Shown: piece by piece, positions 28,360 through 33,124 of the stretch
Layout of the letters: each line of letters opens with the position of its first letter
How positions within the stretch are numbered: the first letter of the stretch is position 1
Made by a program: the position numbers and the translations under genes
The notes under the pieces: generated by a model
The model's database searches: none
Told to the model about the DNA's origin: nothing
Seen by the model: the letters and a program-made list of their open reading frames with translations, nothing else
Virus record (IMG/VR): IMGVR_UViG_3300023174_000108
From: an uncultured virus (IMG/VR IMGVR_UViG_3300023174_000108)
Taxonomy: Duplodnaviria > Heunggongvirae > Uroviricota > Caudoviricetes
Reading direction: 5' to 3' (one strand)
Length of the DNA: 33,124 nt

Positions 28360-28470
28360 ATCATGAGGTCACCTATGGGGCTTCCCTGGTGGCCTATGTA
28401 GATTTGTCGACATTTAACCCTGGGGGGGTCTGAGTGGGGAGCCTGAGCCGAGAGCAGCAGGCTCAAAACA

Positions 28471-28510
28471 ATTCATCTCCCGTTCACCTTGTGTTTGCCT
28501 ATTGTTACTA
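28471..28510 (+). promoter_or_regulatory. 11-bp-phased (G/A)TTCAYC boxes
   Basis: ATTCATC 28471, GTTCACC 28482, degenerate GTTTGCC 28493 and GTTACTA 28504. Confidence 0.6.
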
Positions 28511-28573
28511 TTGAGGTGTAGCGTACGCAATACTTAGCCACAAGGGCTAGGGATTAGTAGTTAGGACTACATC

Positions 28574-29002
28574 ATGACAACAGACCGCCTCTACCTAGTA
28601 GCAGGGTCAATCGCTCCACGCCTTAACGACGCACTACCAAGCACAGCAACAGTATTAGAGACAGACCTAGACACAGACCGCGACATGGTTCATGTGCGTG
28701 TTGTTATCTCTCGTAATGGTGCTGTATCTATGGGAGCGAGTGGGGCTGAGTTGTACTTCGGAATAGAGGAGCGCGCTATCCGTAGCCACCTCGACATTGA
28801 CGGTGACCAAGTAGCACCAGCCAAGCAATTCAATCTGACCGCGTTCATCTCTGACACATCATGGGCTGAGTTCGTGAGCAACTACATCACCAGCGAGGTC
28901 ACTCACTTTATCGCTATGAACGCGCCACGCATGACAATCAACGACCTAGCCAAGGCACAGGCTGAGTCTGAGCCTGAGTCTAACGTGCGCACATTGTGGT
29001 AA
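28574..29002 (+). CDS. Hypothetical early-region protein
   Basis: 142 aa, AGGA RBS, first plus-strand gene of the right arm. Confidence 0.7.
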   Translation: MTTDRLYLVAGSIAPRLNDALPSTATVLETDLDTDRDMVHVRVVISRNGAVSMGASGAELYFGIEERAIRSHLDIDGDQVAPAKQFNLTAFISDTSWAEFVSNYITSEVTHFIAMNAPRMTINDLAKAQAESEPESNVRTLW

Positions 29003-29184
29003 TGTTTTACAACGGGTTCAATCTTCTAGTGGACATGGTCGCCGTAATGGCGACCATGTTCATCACCTACCGCTACGCACTACGCAAGGGGTTCATGCTA
29101 GGCATGAGCGCCGAGGCCGCTAACAATCCATACATTGACTTAGACACACATTGGGAAGGCGTTATTCATGAGCACAGTAATTAG
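29002..29184 (+). CDS. Small single-TM protein
   Basis: TAATG coupling; hydrophobic N-terminal helix. Confidence 0.6.
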   Translation: MFYNGFNLLVDMVAVMATMFITYRYALRKGFMLGMSAEAANNPYIDLDTHWEGVIHEHSN

Positions 29185-29311
29185 CATTACACGCAAGACA
29201 ACCGTCACCCGTAAGATTATCCGTCAAGAAACACCCAATCACCCCACGGTTACACAAAAGCCTAAGGAGTATTGGGAACAGTTGGAGTTAGACCTCAACG
29301 AGGTTTCGTAG
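29168..29311 (+). CDS. 47-aa peptide ending in WEQLELDL (not in track)
   Basis: MSTVISITRKTTVTRKIIRQETPNHPTVTQKPKEYWEQLELDLNEVS; GGAAGG upstream. Confidence 0.55.
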   Translation: MSTVISITRKTTVTRKIIRQETPNHPTVTQKPKEYWEQLELDLNEVS

Positions 29312-29360
29312 TGACCTAACCACTACGATTAGACACCGCCTTAGTTGGTCGCTGTCGGGC

Positions 29361-29390
29361 AAAGGGCAAGGGCTTCCCCCCTTGCCCTTT
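29361..29390 (+). terminator. Terminator hairpin
   Basis: AAAGGGCAAGGG-cttccc-CCCTTGCCCTTT, 12-bp stem. Confidence 0.7.
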
Positions 29391-29411
29391 CGCATGTCAC
29401 AAAGCTTAGAG

Positions 29412-29523
29412 ATGTTTGTGGCGGGCTATGTATATGTATGGCTAATAATTTAATGAATTAAATTATTTAATTATTAGCTTGCTAATAATTAAGCCATACA
29501 TATACATAGCCCGCCACAAACAT
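29412..29523. repeat. T-shaped palindrome, copy 1
   Basis: Perfect 32-bp outer inverted repeat enclosing two abutting 24-nt hairpins (29444-29467, 29468-29491). Confidence 0.95.
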
Positions 29524-29591
29524 TTCACCACCTGGTACCTGAGAGTTTCCTGAGAGATACTGTTCACCTATTGTTCACCTACTGTTCATCT
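29523..29591 (+). promoter_or_regulatory. 11-bp-phased GTTCAYC boxes
   Basis: GTTCACC 29562 and 29573, GTTCATC 29584; a degenerate phased set at 29523/29534/29545. Confidence 0.7.
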
Positions 29592-29690
29592 GAGAGTAGT
29601 CCTATCGTGTAGCGCGATAAGGCTGGGCGAGAGTATGCTGGCCCTATCGCGTAGCGCCCGCTATGCGTAATTTATGAAAGGTTAGGTACC

Positions 29691-30695
29691 ATGGCTCACA
29701 ATCTCGAGCAATGGGGCGAGAGCACCGCTTTCGCCTTGCGTGGCGAGCCTGCTTGGCATGGATTGGCTAACGTGTTATTCGATGAGGATACACACGTGGA
29801 CACACGCACAATGTTAGATAGCGCAATGCTATCTAATTGGAATGTGCGCTTGGAGCCTGTCTCATTCCCTGCTGGTTATCGTGTTGTATCACCCGCGTAT
29901 TCTGTAGTACGCACCAATCCAGCAGACGCTGGCAATGATGTGCTCGCTGTAGTAGGCGACCGTTACCAAGTATTCCAGAATGAGGATTTATTCTCATTCG
30001 GGGATAACATCCTCGATGGCGGGGGACGCTGGGAGTCTGCTGGCTCAATCAAGCAAGGCCGACAGGTTTTCGGCTCAATCAAGATTGACCGCGAGTTAGT
30101 ACTAGACCCTAACGGCATCGCGGATAAGACCGAGTCTTATCTGCTCATCACTACATCACACGACGGCTCAAGCGCCATTCAAGCAATGGTTACCCCTGTG
30201 CGCGTCGTATGCCAAAACACCTTGAACATGGCGCTCAATGGCGCCAAGCAATCTTTCAAGGTGCGCCACACTGCCAAGCAGGCAGACCGCGTAGCCGAGG
30301 CGCGTCGCGTACTAGGCTTATCTTTCGCACACATGGATGAATTCGACGCCATGGCGCAAGACCTATTCAAGACAGAATTCACCAATAAGCAATTCGATGC
30401 GCTAGTTGAGGCAATCTATCCACAGCCTGATGTCGCATCCAAGGCTGCTTTCACCAAGCACACAGATAAAGTCGACTTTATCAAGGCGCTTTATCTCAAC
30501 AGCCCTACACAACAGGGCATCACTGGCACAGCATGGGGAGCGCTTAACGCGCTCACCGAGCACCTCGACTATTTCCGCGCTGGCAAGGCGGGACAGACCG
30601 AGGGCTTAATCTCAGCAGCGAGCGGTTTCGAGGCTGGCATTAACTCACAGAAGGCGCGCATCCTCTCAACAGTGCGCGACATGGCAACAGCCTAG
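29691..30695 (+). CDS. DUF932 / TIGR03299-type phage-plasmid protein
   Basis: MAHNLE, PAWHGL, VGDRYQVFQNED, ESAGSIKQGRQVF, YLLITTSHDGS, TPVRVVCQNTL, RHT, GTAWGALNALTE. Confidence 0.88.
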   Translation: MAHNLEQWGESTAFALRGEPAWHGLANVLFDEDTHVDTRTMLDSAMLSNWNVRLEPVSFPAGYRVVSPAYSVVRTNPADAGNDVLAVVGDRYQVFQNEDLFSFGDNILDGGGRWESAGSIKQGRQVFGSIKIDRELVLDPNGIADKTESYLLITTSHDGSSAIQAMVTPVRVVCQNTLNMALNGAKQSFKVRHTAKQADRVAEARRVLGLSFAHMDEFDAMAQDLFKTEFTNKQFDALVEAIYPQPDVASKAAFTKHTDKVDFIKALYLNSPTQQGITGTAWGALNALTEHLDYFRAGKAGQTEGLISAASGFEAGINSQKARILSTVRDMATA

Positions 30696-30710
30696 GCTTA
30701 GCCCAAGCAA

Positions 30711-30738
30711 TAGCCCCCAGCCAATCGGCTGGGGGCTA
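30711..30738 (+). terminator. Terminator hairpin
   Basis: TAGCCCCCAGCC-aatc-GGCTGGGGGCTA followed by ATTGTTTGTT. Confidence 0.75.
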
Positions 30739-30741
30739 ATT

Positions 30742-30855
30742 GTTTGTTGCGGGTAGGCTTATTGGTTATTGGCTAAAAAAATAGTGAGCTATTTTTTTAA
30801 ATTATTAACTTGTTAATAATTTAGCCAATAACCAATAAGCCTACCCGCCACAAAC
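30742..30855. repeat. T-shaped palindrome, copy 2
   Basis: 33-bp outer inverted repeat (1 mismatch) enclosing two abutting 24-nt hairpins (30775-30798, 30799-30822). Confidence 0.95.
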
Positions 30856-30856
30856 T

Positions 30857-30886
30857 ATTCACCGTGTGTTCATCTGTTGTTCATCT
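30857..30886 (+). promoter_or_regulatory. 11-bp-phased (G/A)TTCAYC boxes
   Basis: ATTCACC 30857, GTTCATC 30868, GTTCATC 30879. Confidence 0.7.
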
Positions 30887-30955
30887 AAAACGGGAAGGAA
30901 GAGAAGAGAAAGGGTGTTTAATAAGCACACAGGTCAAGAGATAGGAGTTCCAACA

Positions 30956-31168
30956 ATGGCAACTATGACCCGTCAACACTTCAAGGTGATTGCAGACGTT
31001 CTAAACGACCGTCTCACAACCGCGAAGCAAGCAGACCAAGAGTACCCCGAGGCTATTACGGCTGAGAGCGTACTTGAAGGGGTTATTGAGCAGTTTGCGA
31101 TAGTGCTACGCAGCACCAATCCGAACTTCAATGAGAGCAAGTTCCTTCAAGCATGCGGAAGGGGGTGA
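30956..31168 (+). CDS. Small phage early protein
   Basis: MATMTRQHFKVIA...TNPNFNESKFLQACG; AGGAG RBS; start corrected from the track. Confidence 0.75.
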   Translation: MATMTRQHFKVIADVLNDRLTTAKQADQEYPEAITAESVLEGVIEQFAIVLRSTNPNFNESKFLQACGRG

Positions 31169-31171
31169 CAC

Positions 31172-31471
31172 ATGGCACACACAGATTTGGACGCATTAAA
31201 AGAACGTCTACGCAACGCTAACACTACGCCTCGCAAAGTGCGGACGTACCGCAAGCGCGCTAAACTTAGCGAGTCTCGCAAAAATGAACTTATGATTAAA
31301 GTACGCGAGTCCGCTGATTTCCTAGAGGAAATGAAGTTAGAACTAGACGCACTCACATACCAAGCCTACAAGCAAGGCTTGACATACGAAGACCTAGCAG
31401 ACGCGTTAAAGATTAACGTATCTGCTCTCTCCAAGCGCATTAGCCGCTTGAAGGCCTCACTTACTAAATAG
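31172..31471 (+). CDS. Helix-turn-helix DNA-binding protein
   Basis: AYKQGLTYEDLADALKINVSALSKRI. Confidence 0.75.
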   Translation: MAHTDLDALKERLRNANTTPRKVRTYRKRAKLSESRKNELMIKVRESADFLEEMKLELDALTYQAYKQGLTYEDLADALKINVSALSKRISRLKASLTK

Positions 31472-31537
31472 GATTACGGGGAGCCTATCTCTCTCCGTAT
31501 AGGGTAACCGTGCCACGTAATAGCCGTCATTCCCTAC

Positions 31538-31571
31538 GATTAGCCCTCTGTCGGTTGGCAGAGGGCTAATC
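31538..31571 (+). terminator. Terminator hairpin
   Basis: GATTAGCCCTCTGTC-ggtt-GGCAGAGGGCTAATC, 15-bp stem with one G-U pair. Confidence 0.7.
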
Positions 31572-31584
31572 TTATGCCCAAAGA

Positions 31585-31677
31585 GTTTGTGGCGGGCTTA
31601 CTTGCTAAAAAACTAACTTGTTTAGTTTTTTAAATTATTACTAAAGTAATAATTTAGCAAGTAAGCCCGCAACAAAC
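31585..31677. repeat. T-shaped palindrome, copy 3
   Basis: 22-bp outer inverted repeat (1 mismatch) enclosing abutting hairpins 31607-31631 and 31632-31655. Confidence 0.95.
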
Positions 31678-31678
31678 A

Positions 31679-31729
31679 ATTCACCCTCTGTTCATCTACT
31701 GTTCACCTTGCATTAAGAGATTGTTCACC
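31679..31729 (+). promoter_or_regulatory. 11-bp-phased (G/A)TTCAYC boxes
   Basis: Boxes at 31679, 31690, 31701 and 31723 (offsets 11, 11, 22). Confidence 0.7.
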
Positions 31730-31796
31730 AACCGCCCGATAGAGTACGCAGTACAAGGTTCTCCATTAGGGGAGAGCCGAGAGAGAAAGACACGAC

Positions 31797-32300
31797 ATGG
31801 AATACACGCAAGACGCGCTGTTTTACACAGCCGAGGAAATGGTAGCGAAGGTTACCGAAGCCCTCAACCGCTCATACGAGGACGCAGACCTACGCGTTCA
31901 GCGCGCTAAGGATAACCTTAACGCTTACATCTCAGAGTCTCTAGTAGAAACACTAAAGACCTACACCGAAAGCGGAGACTTAGATAAGACTACCGCTCAG
32001 GACATCTATGACTCTATGAAGTCTAAGCACCTATGGTCAGACGCTAGTCTTACCACCAACCTATACACCGTATCCGTCACCCTAGACGGTAGCCTTATCG
32101 CAGAAGTATCAGACATTGAGGCACAAGACGAGGACGAGGCTTGCGATACCGTCCGTGATGATTTCTTCCTATACAACGCTAACGTTAGCCTTACCTTCCG
32201 CGACGGTCAAGGTAATGAGTACGAGCATGAAGTAGAAGGCGTAGAACACGAAATGTCCGACTACCAAGACTCCTTGGATTTCTCAGCCGAGGAACAATAA
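31797..32300 (+). CDS. Highly acidic hypothetical protein
   Basis: 167 aa; about 40 D/E versus about 11 K/R by manual count. Confidence 0.75.
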   Translation: MEYTQDALFYTAEEMVAKVTEALNRSYEDADLRVQRAKDNLNAYISESLVETLKTYTESGDLDKTTAQDIYDSMKSKHLWSDASLTTNLYTVSVTLDGSLIAEVSDIEAQDEDEACDTVRDDFFLYNANVSLTFRDGQGNEYEHEVEGVEHEMSDYQDSLDFSAEEQ

Positions 32301-32408
32301 GGTTATCGGGGTCGGCAGGGCTATTCGTGTAACCCCTAACCCCCTAACAACGGCTAGTCCTAGTTGCCGATAAGGACTAGCCACCAACCAACTAACAGAA
32401 AGAAGCAC

Positions 32409-32954
32409 ATGAGTACCAACCGAGAACTATTTGACACCATAGTCGCAGAAGTAGAGCGCGATTATGTCCATGTATGGGAACACGCTAACGGCGAAGTGCC
32501 CGTACAAGATGAGGAAGGCTTTGTCCAGTACGAGGTACTAGACGGACTACTCCTAGATACACCAACCAACGCGTTCAGTAATTTTACCGTTCGTGACGCA
32601 GTAATGGTCAAGGCTAATCAGGACGATAAGTTTGCCTTTGTCCTCTGCAATAAGATTATCCACCATGCCAAGAAGGCTGACGAAGCAGGTAATTTCGTTC
32701 AGGCTGACCTTGACGCGCTCGCTACCGCTATCCACATACAGGCTATGTGGGAACAGACAGAGCGAGCAATAGCCTTAGCCTCAGTAGCAGAACAATGCGC
32801 TCAGGAGAACAACCTTGAAATGCCTACGATTATGGACGCTACCAAGCGCGTAATCATGATGCAGACCGTTATGGGCTTGGACATAGCAGAACTACGGGTT
32901 CGTATGACCAAAGACCTTGCCAAAGTAGCCTTCACGGCACTAGACTCCGAATAA
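32409..32954 (+). CDS. Acidic helical hypothetical protein
   Basis: MSTNRELFDTIVAE...; start moved to ATG 32409. Confidence 0.7.
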   Translation: MSTNRELFDTIVAEVERDYVHVWEHANGEVPVQDEEGFVQYEVLDGLLLDTPTNAFSNFTVRDAVMVKANQDDKFAFVLCNKIIHHAKKADEAGNFVQADLDALATAIHIQAMWEQTERAIALASVAEQCAQENNLEMPTIMDATKRVIMMQTVMGLDIAELRVRMTKDLAKVAFTALDSE

Positions 32955-32959
32955 GTGGA

Positions 32960-32985
32960 AGGCGGTGGGCTTCGGCTCACCGCCT
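32960..32985 (+). terminator. Hairpin with cUUCGg tetraloop
   Basis: AGGCGGTGGGC-ttcg-GCTCACCGCCT, 5 nt after the stop. Confidence 0.7.
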
Positions 32986-33019
32986 AACCTTATCGCTCGC
33001 CCGCGAGCGCGAGCGATTT

Positions 33020-33124
33020 GTTTGTGGCGAACCCACCCACCCACCCAAAGCATATATTGCTATCGCAATATAAATTGAATATGCAATAGCATATTCAATT
33101 TGCGGAATACCTAATCTTCGATTA
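33020..33124. repeat. Fourth, variant palindromic element (truncated by window end)
   Basis: Begins GTTTGTGGCG; two abutting AT-rich hairpins (33053-33072, 33073-33100) closed by GCA/TGC; the right outer arm is not in the window. Confidence 0.65.

Noticed and set aside
30866..30955. Track start for the 100-aa ORF (and ORF 31721..31909)
   Set aside because: These overlap the regulatory boxes; better starts exist at 30956 (AGGAG RBS) and 31797
29412..31677. Integron attC sites or MITE/IS ends
   Set aside because: Ends read GTT...AAC rather than RYYYAAC...GTTRRRY, and there are no extrahelical bases; no integrase, transposase or target duplications were seen
29412..31677. Ordinary terminators or tRNA-like RNAs
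   Set aside because: Separate terminators already sit upstream; there are no tRNA D/T-loop motifs, and the stems lack G-U pairs

Overview
This is a segment of a large tailed dsDNA phage genome, very probably infecting Actinobacteria (WhiB, actinobacterial-type lytic transglycosylase, apparent leaderless promoters). Bases 1-28324 are almost all minus-strand late-type genes. They include a partial scaffold-like protein, portal, large terminase, a KTSC protein, holin-like proteins, and a small plus-strand transglycosylase-whiB pair. They continue with a Thr-rich structural protein and an AT-rich operon of tailoring enzymes (carbamoyltransferase, SGNH, GT61, nucleotidyltransferase, kinase, DUF6065-like, 2OG-Fe(II) oxygenase, cupin). 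That operon lies directly downstream of an FN3 protein with an F-V-A-P-[S/N]-F-P-S repeat and an 8-Cys tail. Further along are a CHAP endolysin module, a large Pro-rich surface protein and a run of small basic proteins. At about 28.4 kb the strand and composition switch to a GC-richer plus-strand 'early-like' region (DUF932, HTH, acidic proteins). This region is organised as repeated cassettes: terminator hairpin, then a perfectly base-paired T-shaped (three-way junction) palindrome with conserved ends and covarying stems, then 11-bp-phased GTTCAYC boxes, then gene(s). These T-shaped elements and the repeat-protein plus tailoring-enzyme operon are the most unusual features. All family assignments are from motif recognition by eye; no searches were run.
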